In this document: piece by piece, positions 1 through 9,771 of the stretch
Layout: the number at the start of each line of letters is the position of its first letter
Numbering within the stretch: position 1 is the stretch's first letter
Assembly (NCBI GenBank): GCA_964499705.1
Contig: CAZCME010000018.1
Span: forward strand, 62,001-89,054
Direction of reading: 5' to 3'
Length of the DNA: 27,054 nt
Source of the DNA: an uncultured bacterium
GTDB lineage: Bacteria; UBA8481
Notes under the pieces: generated by a model
Databases searched by the model: none
Told to the model about the DNA's origin: nothing
Seen by the model: the letters and a program-made list of their open reading frames with translations, nothing else
Made by a program: the position numbers and the translations under genes

Positions 1-315
1 GAAAACATGAGGCATGCCCGCCAGGTCGGCGAGCCGCTCCGCGAGCCGGATGGAAGGAACGGACCCGAGTCCCAGCAGCGTGGAGTGCGCGACGCGATCC
101 AGCTGATCCCGGATCGCCGCGTCGATCCGCGGATGCCGGTGGCCGTGGACGTTGCACCACAGGGAGGATACGCCGTCGAAATATTGTCGGCCCTCCGTAT
201 CGTACAGGCGGACGCCCTCCCCACGTTCGATAATCGGAGCATTTTCCTCGGCGTAAGCCTGCATCTGCGTGAATGGATGCCAGAGGGTGGAATGATCGAT
301 GCGGCGGAGCTGCAT
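1..315 (-). CDS. bioA: Adenosylmethionine-8-amino-7-oxononanoate aminotransferase (N-terminal part; runs off the window edge)
   Basis: Not in the ORF track. Manual translation from ATG at 315 gives MQLRRIDHSTLWHPFTQMQAY...YFDGVSSLWCNVHGHRHPRIDAAIRDQLDRVAHSTLLG. WHPFTQM and DGxSSxWxNxHGH are BioA signatures. It starts 2 nt after the upstream stop codon. Confidence 0.93.
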   Translation of the reverse strand, partial: MQLRRIDHSTLWHPFTQMQAYAEENAPIIERGEGVRLYDTEGRQYFDGVSSLWCNVHGHRHPRIDAAIRDQLDRVAHSTLLGLGSVPSIRLAERLADLAGMPHVF

Positions 316-317
316 GA

Positions 318-2117
318 TCAGCGCAGCGGGATGACTCTCAGCGTGGCTCGCTTGGATGTGAAGTTCACTTTCTCCTGCGTGAAGAAAACGGCCTCCTGGC
401 CTCGGGAGAGAGGATTGGCGATCGTGAAGCCCTTGATGATGCCGTTGAAGGTTCGGCTCTTCCATCGCTCGGAGAGTGCTCCGCCGGAAAACGTCAGCGC
501 CACGATCCGTCCGGTCTTGTATTGCTGAATATTGGCCAGGCGGATGAATCCGGGCGACGATCCGCCCTCGAAGAGGTTCTGCACGACGAGAAGTTCCTCC
601 ACGCCGTCGCCGTCGAGGTCGGCCGTCGCGATTCCCGTCTTCTCCTCGATCGTGGTGCGCTTGTCCGCCGATTCGATCTTCACGTCGGACCCGCCGTAGA
701 AATCCGTGCCGGTCCAGACGATGTCGCCGGACTGGTTGTAGAGCCGGAGCTTATTCTCGTAATCGATGGAGGCGGTAAAGCCCGTGGTGCCGAGGGGTGC
801 GAAATCGTAAACCGTGACCTGCGGCGGCAGACCGGCCGATGTGCCGGCCAATTTTCCGCCGTTGATCCTGTACTTCAGGATGCCTCGCTCGAAGGGCCTG
901 TTGGAGCCGTACCGCTGGCCATAGAGGGCCGGTTGCCCGAGAGTCTTCATCGCCCGGAGAAACACATCGGACTCATGATGGAATTTCTCCAGCTTGCCGT
1001 TCGTCCAGCGGTACGCGGTGGAGCGGACATAGTTGCCGGGTTTCTCGATCACATAGATCTCCGCCTTGCCGTCGCCGTCGAGATCGCACGCCGTCAGGTG
1101 AAAGATGAGCGACGCCCAGCCCGTGGAACTCTTGCCGATCTCCTCGAGCGCGCCGTTCGCCTTGATGTGGTAGAAGTGGAGCGTTTTGTTCTCCGCGATG
1201 ATGATCTCATCGACGCCGTCGCCGTCGATATCGCCCGCCGTCAGATCGATGGGAACGTACGGGAGAGGCGCGGATATTTCGCCGGAATCGTGCGTGGCGA
1301 TGCGCTCGAAGGAGGAAGGGCCTGAGACATTCGGCGCGGCGACAGGTTGCGTCGCGACGACGGATGGCGTCATTTTTTCATCGGCCAGGTTCTTCATGTC
1401 GTCCGGCACCGGAATACGGAACGATTTCACGACCGCGGCCGACGACGTGTTCACGATCGATACCTCTATCTCGTCGCCCTCGACGCGCCCCATGACGGAA
1501 AGAGTGGCTTCCGGAAAACCGGCGGCCATGGTCGCCGCGGAGGAGACGGTTCCGTAATGAGACGGGCCGAGCTTCACGCTGGCACCCGGAATCCTGCTGA
1601 GCAGATCCGCCAGTTCGGCGTCGACGGCTTCCGTCAGCTTGGAGGGCGCGCCATCGGCATGCCGGATCGGATGGCGTACGATGACGGGTTCTTCGACAAG
1701 CCGCGCGGTGTCCTTGACGCGGATGCCGCCCTCGACGGGTGTCCCCAGAATTTTCGCGCGCGAAAATCCCGACTGGATCCACGTGATCTGGACCTCCGCG
1801 ACGCGCGTCGTCGCCTTGCCCAGGACCTCCCCGGTGACAGGATGCTTGATCTCCGCGCCGGGTCTCTCAACGACATACTTCTTCCCGACCGCCGCGCCGT
1901 TTTCCTTCGTGATGTCGAGATAGACTTCCTTCTCCTGGACGAAAATGACAAGCGCCTCCCGTGGAAGCGCCTCCTGCACGGCCTGCTGAATCCGCGCGGC
2001 GTCCTGGCTCATCCAACTGGACGCGGCGCCGGACGAGGATAGAGACATCAGGAGAAGGCCGACAACAAAAAGGAAAATGCGCTTCATGGCGGTGAATTGT
2101 ACCGGGACGAGTTCCAT
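318..2117 (-). CDS. Secreted FG-GAP/VCBS repeat protein (probable C-terminal beta-propeller) with a possible FlgT-C-like N-terminal region
   Basis: Signal-peptide-like MKRIFLFVVGLLLMSLSSSGAA (start may be ATG 2087). Three DxDGDG Ca-binding repeats: GDIDGDGVDEI, CDLDGDGKAEI, ADLDGDGVEEL. N-terminal segment VYLD...IKHPVTGEVLG. Confidence 0.8.
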   Translation of the reverse strand: MELVPVQFTAMKRIFLFVVGLLLMSLSSSGAASSWMSQDAARIQQAVQEALPREALVIFVQEKEVYLDITKENGAAVGKKYVVERPGAEIKHPVTGEVLGKATTRVAEVQITWIQSGFSRAKILGTPVEGGIRVKDTARLVEEPVIVRHPIRHADGAPSKLTEAVDAELADLLSRIPGASVKLGPSHYGTVSSAATMAAGFPEATLSVMGRVEGDEIEVSIVNTSSAAVVKSFRIPVPDDMKNLADEKMTPSVVATQPVAAPNVSGPSSFERIATHDSGEISAPLPYVPIDLTAGDIDGDGVDEIIIAENKTLHFYHIKANGALEEIGKSSTGWASLIFHLTACDLDGDGKAEIYVIEKPGNYVRSTAYRWTNGKLEKFHHESDVFLRAMKTLGQPALYGQRYGSNRPFERGILKYRINGGKLAGTSAGLPPQVTVYDFAPLGTTGFTASIDYENKLRLYNQSGDIVWTGTDFYGGSDVKIESADKRTTIEEKTGIATADLDGDGVEELLVVQNLFEGGSSPGFIRLANIQQYKTGRIVALTFSGGALSERWKSRTFNGIIKGFTIANPLSRGQEAVFFTQEKVNFTSKRATLRVIPLR

Positions 2118-2120
2118 TCT

Positions 2121-2759
2121 TCAAACAAATACTGGTTTCGTCTCCCGCAATAGCTCGAGCAAAGCGCCCTCAAACAGGTCTTCCTGGAAACCTGTCCCTT
2201 CCAGGTCGATCTCCGGGCCGACTCCGATGATCGCTCGATCCCATGTCTCGTCGCGCGCGACCGTGAGCGATCCCTGTACGAGCACCGCTCCTCGAATCCT
2301 CCGCGCGGCAAGGCCGAGAAGTTTCCTGCCGTTCCGCATCAATTCGCATCCGACGGCGCGTTGAAAGCAGTGTGAGGGAGCCGCGGCGGATCCCGCGGAC
2401 GCCGGATGAGTCTCGATGCCCTGACGGAGCAAAGCGGCGGCGATGGCCGCGGAAACCCGGCGCAGATGCGGACCGCAGGAAGGATCGCCCTCGTTCTCCC
2501 GGATCGGAAACGTGAAGCCGAAGGAAATGTCCCCGTCGTGCCTGAGGATGCCGCCACCCGTCGGCCGCCGTGCGAACGCGTGCCCTTGTTCCCCCCAGCG
2601 AGCCACATCGGCATCGCTGACCTTCGCGTTGCGGCCGGCCGTAACGGATCGCGATGCAAAGCGGTAGATTTCGGCGCGACATTCTCCGTCCATGGCCGTC
2701 GCCCGCAGGTTCGCTTCGTCGCGCTCCATCAGCGCGATCGCGGGCTGGATGTCGATCAT
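2121..2759 (-). CDS. Lipoate-protein ligase / LipM-like octanoyltransferase family protein
   Basis: Motifs MERDEANL, RRPTGGG, CF...GRKLLG (conserved Lys) and VQGSL. Start placed at ATG 2759, just downstream of the gmd stop; the track start at 2807 overlaps gmd. Confidence 0.8.
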   Translation of the reverse strand: MIDIQPAIALMERDEANLRATAMDGECRAEIYRFASRSVTAGRNAKVSDADVARWGEQGHAFARRPTGGGILRHDGDISFGFTFPIRENEGDPSCGPHLRRVSAAIAAALLRQGIETHPASAGSAAAPSHCFQRAVGCELMRNGRKLLGLAARRIRGAVLVQGSLTVARDETWDRAIIGVGPEIDLEGTGFQEDLFEGALLELLRETKPVFV

Positions 2760-2763
2760 GAAG

Positions 2764-3845
<1,082 letters not shown>

Positions 3846-3846
3846 T

Positions 3847-6800
3847 TTAAAACAGTACCAGCTGATTCGATTCCGGCAGGTCGCCGAAAGCTCCGTACTT
3901 CCGGAGCCTCTCCATGATCGGCCGCGAAATGCCCGACCGGTCCACGAGATCCTCGATGGTCGATGCTCCGGCGGCCAGCTCCTCGCCGACGCGCCGCGCC
4001 ACCTTCTCGCCGAGACCTTCGACGGCCAGCAGCGGAGCGCGCACGGCGCTTGCCGAAGGCTTGAATCGGACGAGGTCCGAGTCGGCGATCGAGACGGGCT
4101 GAAGCGCGATGCCCCGGGCGTACATCTCCCGGACGATATCCAGGACGACCGCCTGGGATTCTTCCTTTGCGGTCGCTTTGCGCTCGTCCTGCCGCTGCCG
4201 GATCTCCGCGAGATGCTTCGCGACGGCCTTTTCCCCCTGCATGGCGACATCGAGCGCGAAGTCGCCGACCTTCAGGGAGAAGTATGCGGCGTAGAACGCT
4301 TCCGGTCGATGCACCTTGAACCAGGCGATCCGGAGCGCCATGAGGACATAGGCGACCGCGTGCGCCTTCGGAAACATGTACTTGATCTGCCGCAGGCTTT
4401 CGATCACCCACGTCGCAACCTTGTGCTTGCGCATGAGCTGTTCGTCCTCGGGCGCGAGGCCTTTGCCCTTGCGAACTTTTTCCATGATGGCGAAGGCCTT
4501 GACGGGATCGACGGATCGTTTCACAAGTTCGTTCATGATGTCTTCGCGCGTGGCGATCACTTCGGAAAGCTTCGCGGTTCCGGCGCGGATGATGTCCTGC
4601 GCATTCCCCTGCCAGACGCCGGTGCCGTGCGAGAGGCCGCTGATCCGGATCAGTTCCTCGATCGTCGTGGGGCGGGTCTCGCGGAGAATATTGAGAAGAA
4701 GCGATGTGCCGAATTCGGGAATGCCCAGCGTTCCGACGGGATATCCGAGGCGCGATTCCGTGAGCCCGAGCGCTTTCGGCGACGAAAAGAGCGAGAGTAC
4801 GCCGGGATCGTCGATCGGCACGGTCATGGGATCGACGCCGGTGGACTCCAGGAGCATCCGCACCGCGGAGGGAGCGTCGTGCCCGAGGACGTCGACCTTC
4901 ACGACGGTGCCCTCGTAGGAGTGAAAGTCGAAGTGCGTCGTGACGTTGTCGGCGCTCTCCGAATCCGCGGGTCGATGAACCGGCATGAAGTCGCTCATCT
5001 CCTTGTCGCGCGGGATGATCACGATGCCGCCGGGATGCTGGCCCGTCGTCCGGGCGACCTCCGTGATGGACCGCGCGAAGCGCTCGACCTCCGCGCGCCG
5101 CCACGTCAGGGCGTGCTCCTCAAGATACTTCAGGACGAATCCGGCTGCGTTGCGTTCCTTCAGGGTGCTGATCGTGCCCGCGCGAAATACATGTTCCTTT
5201 CCGAACGTCGACTCGATTTCCGCCATCGCCTTCGCCTGGTATTCGCCGGCGAAGTTGAGATCGATATCGGGCACCTTCGTGCCGTCGAGCCCCATGAAGG
5301 CTTCGAACGGAATCCGGTAGCCGTCTCTCACCATGAGCCCGCCGCAGCACTCCTTCTTCTTCAGGTCCGGCCCGCAGGCGCCTGGTCCCGATCCGGCCGC
5401 GCCGGTTCCCGGACCGGGCTCCACGAATTCCGTCCGGCGGCAGACGAGGCAGCGATAATGAGGCGGCAAGGGATTCACCTCGGTGATTCCGGTGAGGAAG
5501 GCGACTATGGAGGAACCGACGGAACCGCGCGAGCCGACGACGTAGCCGGCCGCCCGGGAGCTGATGCAGAGCCGCATCGCGATGAGATACAGGACCGCGA
5601 ATCCATTGCCGATGATCGCGTTCAACTCCTTCTCGATCGATTTCCCGACCAGTTCCGGAAGCGTTCCGTCCTCTCCGGCGTACAGCTCCGTCGCCCCCTT
5701 CATCGTGTGCGCGCGCAGTTCCTCCGCGGCTCCGTCGATGATCGGCGGGAAGAATCCCTTCGGCAGCGGCGAGACCGGTTCCAGCGAATCGAAGATCGCG
5801 CGCGGCGTCTCGATGACGATTCTCCTCGCTTCCTCCTCACCGAGGAAGGCGAACTCGGCCAGCATCTCGGCGGTGGACCGGAGATGGAGCGACGGAATGT
5901 TCTCGCTGCGGTTCCGCTTATCCGCGAGCAGGATCTTGCGGGCCTTATGATCGCGCGGATCGAGATGATGAGCGCGCGAGACCCCGACGACCGGACGATC
6001 GGTCCGCCGGGCCACCGCGATCATCGTCCGGATAAACTCCCGGACTTCCTCGTCCGATCGGAGTATTCCTTCCGCGCGCTTCTGGTCGTATAGAGCGGGC
6101 GGACCGACCTCCAGGTAGTCGAATCGCCGCGCCAGTTCGTCGATGAGCGCGGGATCCTCGCCCGAGAGAATCGCTTCCGCGACCGGGCCGTCGACGGCGC
6201 CGGACCCTGCAATCAGGCCGTCGCGATGAGCCTCGAAGACCGTCGCGGGCGTGCGCGGCCGCATGTAGAGATGCTCCATGTGCGCGGACGTCACGAGCTT
6301 GTACAGGTTCTTCAGGCCGTGCTGTTCCTTGACGAGCACCGTGACGTCCTGGGGATGGAGCTTGCGGGCCTCGATGCGACCGCGCATGCCGTTCAACGCG
6401 GAGAGCGTCTCGACACCCTGCTCTTTCGCGAGCGCGCGGAGTTCCAGGAAGATCTTCGCCAGGGCGCGCGCGTCGTCCGTGGCGCGATGAGCCTCCACGA
6501 GCGGCACGTTCAGGGCTTTGGCGATCGTGCCAAGCGGAAACTTCGACAGGGTCGGCAGGAGCGCGCGCGCCATCCCGAGCGTGTCGACGAGCGGCGGCAT
6601 CTCGGACTTCTTCGGCCAGTCCCGTCGGAGAAAGCCCGCGTCAAAGCTGATGTTGTGCGCCACGAGATAGGCGTCGCCGGCGAACTCCCTGAAGCGCGCG
6701 AGAACATCGGGCCATTCCGGAGCTCCGACGAGCATCTCGTCCGTGATGTGCGTGATGCTCTTGATGATCGAGGAGAGCGTCTCTCCCGGATTCACGAACG

Positions 6801-8232
6801 ACTTGAACTCGTCCGTGATCATGTTCCTCTCCACCCGATAAGCCGCGATCTCGATCACCTTGTTGGAAATGGCGCCGATGCCCGTCGTCTCCAGGTCGAA
6901 GACGACCGCGGTCCCGGACAACGGCACGTCCTTGTCCTCGACTTTCGCCGTCCGACCACCGGGTCGCTTTCCCGTGGGTCGCAGGTTCCACGCGATCGGC
7001 TTCTGGTTGTCGACGTAGTTGATCTGGCATCCGAGCCCCGCCTTCAGACCGGCTTTCTTCGCCGCGGCATGGAATTTCGGAAACGCCTGGACGACCGCGT
7101 CGTCCGTCACGACCGCTCCCGGCCAGCCCCACGACTTCAACCGCGCGAAATAGGCGTCGATGTCGATCATCCCCGAGAGTCGCGAGAATTTCGTATGAAG
7201 ATTCAGCTCGATCCGTTTTTCCTCCGCGACGTCCAGGGGCATCTCGCGCGGAAAGAGGACGATATCGCGCGGCGTCATCACAAGCTCCCCGCGCTCGAAC
7301 GTGTCCGCTTCCACCCGCCCGCTGACGCGGACATAGTCTCCATCAAGCGCGCCGCGCGCCGTGTCGGGCGGATCGAAAATCTTCAGCTTGATGGAGTCCG
7401 TGTAGTCGGTGATGTTCATCGTCAGGATGGACTTTCTTCCCTCCCGAAGCTCGATGCGGAACAGTTCCCCCTCCACGATGACCTGCCTGGTTGCCGAGGT
7501 CACGTCCCGGAGAAGAGTCGCCGCGCCCTTGACGCCGCGCGAAGAACCCAGGAGAACGCGGTCGCGCTCCTTCTTCTGCGGCGCCGGCGATAGTTCGACG
7601 GGTTTCGGGGGAGGCAGAGCGATCTGCGCATTCCGGAATGTCGTTTCCATGGAGGCGTTCCACCGCTCGCGAACAAGGTTGGAGAGAACCGTGCCGCACC
7701 GGAGCGAGACAAGCTGCGCGACGGCCAGTTCATTCGCGCAGTCGACGACGAGTGTTCCCTTTTCGAGGCAGGGGCGGGAGGAAAGGAGCCACGGCGAAGA
7801 AGCGGGAACCTGTTTCTTCAAGGAGGCGAGAAGATCCGGCCATGCGGAAAGCATCTCGTCAGAACCGATGACCGTTACGTCGTTCGCAGCCGATTGAATC
7901 GGGACGTGCAAGGGATCGTTTTGTTCCGGAGGAATGACCTCGCCGACCGCCACGCGCTCGATCCGGATCCGCATCCCCGGTATCGCGTCCACCGCAGCCA
8001 TTTCAATCCGGTTGACGCTTTCGTCCGTCAATACGGCGGGAAGATCCATGACAATCGTGATCGTCGCGACCGCGGGCTCGAAGAGGATCTCCTTCAACCC
8101 CGCGTTGGCGATGAGAGAACGTTCTTCCTGCGGCACGTCCTTGAGATGATCGAGAATGGACCGGATATCGCCGGCGATCGTCGATGCTTTCGGTATCATT
8201 CGGATAATTTCAGACATTACAGCTTGCCTCAT
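3847..8232 (-). CDS. polC: PolC-type DNA polymerase III alpha subunit
   Basis: 1461 aa in PolC domain order: N-terminal domain, OB fold (ITDYTDSI), PHP interrupted by a DEDDh exonuclease (FDLETTG, AHNISFD, HRATDDA), GSRGSVGSS, Zn finger, PDIDLNF, KVDVLGHD, YMFPKAHA, and C-terminal clamp-binding motif NQLVLF. Start may be ATG 8217. Confidence 0.97.
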   Translation of the reverse strand: MRQAVMSEIIRMIPKASTIAGDIRSILDHLKDVPQEERSLIANAGLKEILFEPAVATITIVMDLPAVLTDESVNRIEMAAVDAIPGMRIRIERVAVGEVIPPEQNDPLHVPIQSAANDVTVIGSDEMLSAWPDLLASLKKQVPASSPWLLSSRPCLEKGTLVVDCANELAVAQLVSLRCGTVLSNLVRERWNASMETTFRNAQIALPPPKPVELSPAPQKKERDRVLLGSSRGVKGAATLLRDVTSATRQVIVEGELFRIELREGRKSILTMNITDYTDSIKLKIFDPPDTARGALDGDYVRVSGRVEADTFERGELVMTPRDIVLFPREMPLDVAEEKRIELNLHTKFSRLSGMIDIDAYFARLKSWGWPGAVVTDDAVVQAFPKFHAAAKKAGLKAGLGCQINYVDNQKPIAWNLRPTGKRPGGRTAKVEDKDVPLSGTAVVFDLETTGIGAISNKVIEIAAYRVERNMITDEFKSFVNPGETLSSIIKSITHITDEMLVGAPEWPDVLARFREFAGDAYLVAHNISFDAGFLRRDWPKKSEMPPLVDTLGMARALLPTLSKFPLGTIAKALNVPLVEAHRATDDARALAKIFLELRALAKEQGVETLSALNGMRGRIEARKLHPQDVTVLVKEQHGLKNLYKLVTSAHMEHLYMRPRTPATVFEAHRDGLIAGSGAVDGPVAEAILSGEDPALIDELARRFDYLEVGPPALYDQKRAEGILRSDEEVREFIRTMIAVARRTDRPVVGVSRAHHLDPRDHKARKILLADKRNRSENIPSLHLRSTAEMLAEFAFLGEEEARRIVIETPRAIFDSLEPVSPLPKGFFPPIIDGAAEELRAHTMKGATELYAGEDGTLPELVGKSIEKELNAIIGNGFAVLYLIAMRLCISSRAAGYVVGSRGSVGSSIVAFLTGITEVNPLPPHYRCLVCRRTEFVEPGPGTGAAGSGPGACGPDLKKKECCGGLMVRDGYRIPFEAFMGLDGTKVPDIDLNFAGEYQAKAMAEIESTFGKEHVFRAGTISTLKERNAAGFVLKYLEEHALTWRRAEVERFARSITEVARTTGQHPGGIVIIPRDKEMSDFMPVHRPADSESADNVTTHFDFHSYEGTVVKVDVLGHDAPSAVRMLLESTGVDPMTVPIDDPGVLSLFSSPKALGLTESRLGYPVGTLGIPEFGTSLLLNILRETRPTTIEELIRISGLSHGTGVWQGNAQDIIRAGTAKLSEVIATREDIMNELVKRSVDPVKAFAIMEKVRKGKGLAPEDEQLMRKHKVATWVIESLRQIKYMFPKAHAVAYVLMALRIAWFKVHRPEAFYAAYFSLKVGDFALDVAMQGEKAVAKHLAEIRQRQDERKATAKEESQAVVLDIVREMYARGIALQPVSIADSDLVRFKPSASAVRAPLLAVEGLGEKVARRVGEELAAGASTIEDLVDRSGISRPIMERLRKYGAFGDLPESNQLVLF

Positions 8233-8258
8233 TAAAGAAGGCTAAGGACCTATGTCAA
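8231..8258 (-). promoter_or_regulatory. Possible sigma70-type promoter for polC
   Basis: Minus-strand TTGACA (8258-8253), 16-nt spacer, TTTAAT (8236-8231). The -10 box is imperfect and overlaps the track start codon. Confidence 0.35.
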
Positions 8259-8302
8259 TCGGCTCCGGAAAGGAATATTACCGTTCCCTACAAAGTCACG
8301 CG

Positions 8303-9592
8303 TTAGGCTGTTGAAAAATCCCTTTTCGCGGGAGTATCGGGGGCAGTCGCCGGCACGCAGACGCCGGCGAGAATATCGCGCCTTCGTTTCATGAGGAGGG
8401 CAGGCGAAAATAACTCCAAGGCCCTCTCCCGCGCTTTTTGCCCCACGCTTTTTCGCAGACCGGGATCGCCCATCACCCTTTGGATGACCTGGATGATGAA
8501 GGAGATATTACCGCGCCGCGCGCGGAATCCCGAGACAGCATCATCCAGAAATTGATGGCCGTGATGATCTCCATAATACAGGACCGGCGTACCGCTCAAT
8601 GCCCCCTCAATGCATGCGCGGTCGGCGATCGGCAGGATCAACAGGTCGCTGGCCATCATATGCCGCGCCGTGTCGCGCGCATCTTTCCAGCCATGAAAAG
8701 TAAAGCTCGCGTGATGCCCGTTCTGCTCGATCATCCGCCTCAGGCGACCTTCATCCGTGCCCGTGCCCACGACATGGAAATGCACATCGAAATTTCTCCG
8801 GCGGCACCCGCTTGCGATTTCCACGAGATCCATCACGCATTTCTCATCCTGGATTCGTCCGATGAAAGAAATCTGGAAAACGGATTCGCTGCCCAGTCGG
8901 CGCCTCAGCGAAGGAACCGCCGCCCGGTCGAAGAGCGAGGGATCCACGAGCTCCGCCCATTCGCGGATGCGCGCATCCGCGACGCCGTTTCTCAGGGCGA
9001 ATTCGCGCAGCCCCGGAACAGTGACGAGAACGAGGTTCGCGCGGCGCATGAGAAGATGAGCGATGCCCAGCCGCGCCCTGGCGCGGGGCGAGACCGTTCC
9101 CGCGATCCGGAACGATTCATCCAGATCGGATGAAATTCTGAGGCAGAAGGGACGGAATGCGGCAACGGAAAGAGCCCACCCGAGAATTCCCTCCAGCCCG
9201 GCGCCGTCCGCGAAGAGAACGGAGCATCCATGCGCGCGCAGGACGCGGAACATTCTCTGGAGAAGCAGAAGGGAGCCGGCCGCGGGAAGGAGCGAATGAA
9301 CGCGGAGCGGTATGAGGGTGCGTTGTTTCATACGAACAGTTTCTCCGGCGCGGCCGGCGAGGAGGCAAAACTCGATCTGGTGATCGAAGAGATCGGCGTA
9401 ATCCGGCTCCGAAAACCGCTCGTCCACGCTCACCACCCGCAGCGCCTCAGGAGATCCCATGTTCCGAAGCTTGACGAAACCACGAGCGCGCCCCCGAAGC
9501 AGAAGCGAAGCCGCCATGGAGAGGATTACATAGGGAAGCAGAGCGAGAGAAAGCAGGATGTCCAGAAGCATTGAGAACACGCGACGAATCAA
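8303..9592 (-). CDS. Glycosyltransferase, GT-B fold (family 4-like), with an N-terminal hydrophobic segment
   Basis: FIGRIQDEK, VVGTG, DLLILP...IEGALSGTPV and ARERA are typical of the GT4 C-terminal domain. TTG start is uncertain. Confidence 0.8.
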   Translation of the reverse strand: MIRRVFSMLLDILLSLALLPYVILSMAASLLLRGRARGFVKLRNMGSPEALRVVSVDERFSEPDYADLFDHQIEFCLLAGRAGETVRMKQRTLIPLRVHSLLPAAGSLLLLQRMFRVLRAHGCSVLFADGAGLEGILGWALSVAAFRPFCLRISSDLDESFRIAGTVSPRARARLGIAHLLMRRANLVLVTVPGLREFALRNGVADARIREWAELVDPSLFDRAAVPSLRRRLGSESVFQISFIGRIQDEKCVMDLVEIASGCRRRNFDVHFHVVGTGTDEGRLRRMIEQNGHHASFTFHGWKDARDTARHMMASDLLILPIADRACIEGALSGTPVLYYGDHHGHQFLDDAVSGFRARRGNISFIIQVIQRVMGDPGLRKSVGQKARERALELFSPALLMKRRRDILAGVCVPATAPDTPAKRDFSTA

Positions 9593-9712
9593 GGGCCTCC
9601 CCGGGGTGCGTTCGATATCATGCCGAGAGAACTGGCATCCTGCAAGCGGTTGTCGCGGACTTCTCGGACGGGAGGCGCGGCCCCGAAAAGGTAAAAGGGG
9701 CGGAATAATCCG

Positions 9713-9742
9713 TTGACGCGGATGTATTCCGATGTATATTAT
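9713..9742 (+). promoter_or_regulatory. Sigma70-type promoter of the regulator/glycan operon
   Basis: TTGACG (9713-9718) followed by TATATT (9735-9740, 16-nt spacer) or TATTAT (9737-9742, 18-nt spacer), in an AT-rich patch. Confidence 0.7.
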
Positions 9743-9743
9743 T

Positions 9744-9763
9744 CGTTTAGAACATTCTAAACG
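9744..9763. promoter_or_regulatory. Palindromic operator CGTTTAGAA-CA-TTCTAAACG
   Basis: Perfect 9-bp inverted repeat with a 2-nt spacer, lying over the expected transcription start and touching the GGAG ribosome-binding site of the regulator gene. Confidence 0.75.
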
Positions 9764-9771
9764 GAGATAAT

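Noticed and set aside
7..528. 173-aa plus-strand ORF
   Set aside because: Antisense shadow of bioA and the FG-GAP gene, which carry the recognisable motifs.
3847..8232. Intein or frameshift in polC
   Set aside because: Length and continuous domain order fit a normal PolC; no splice-junction or homing-endonuclease motifs seen.
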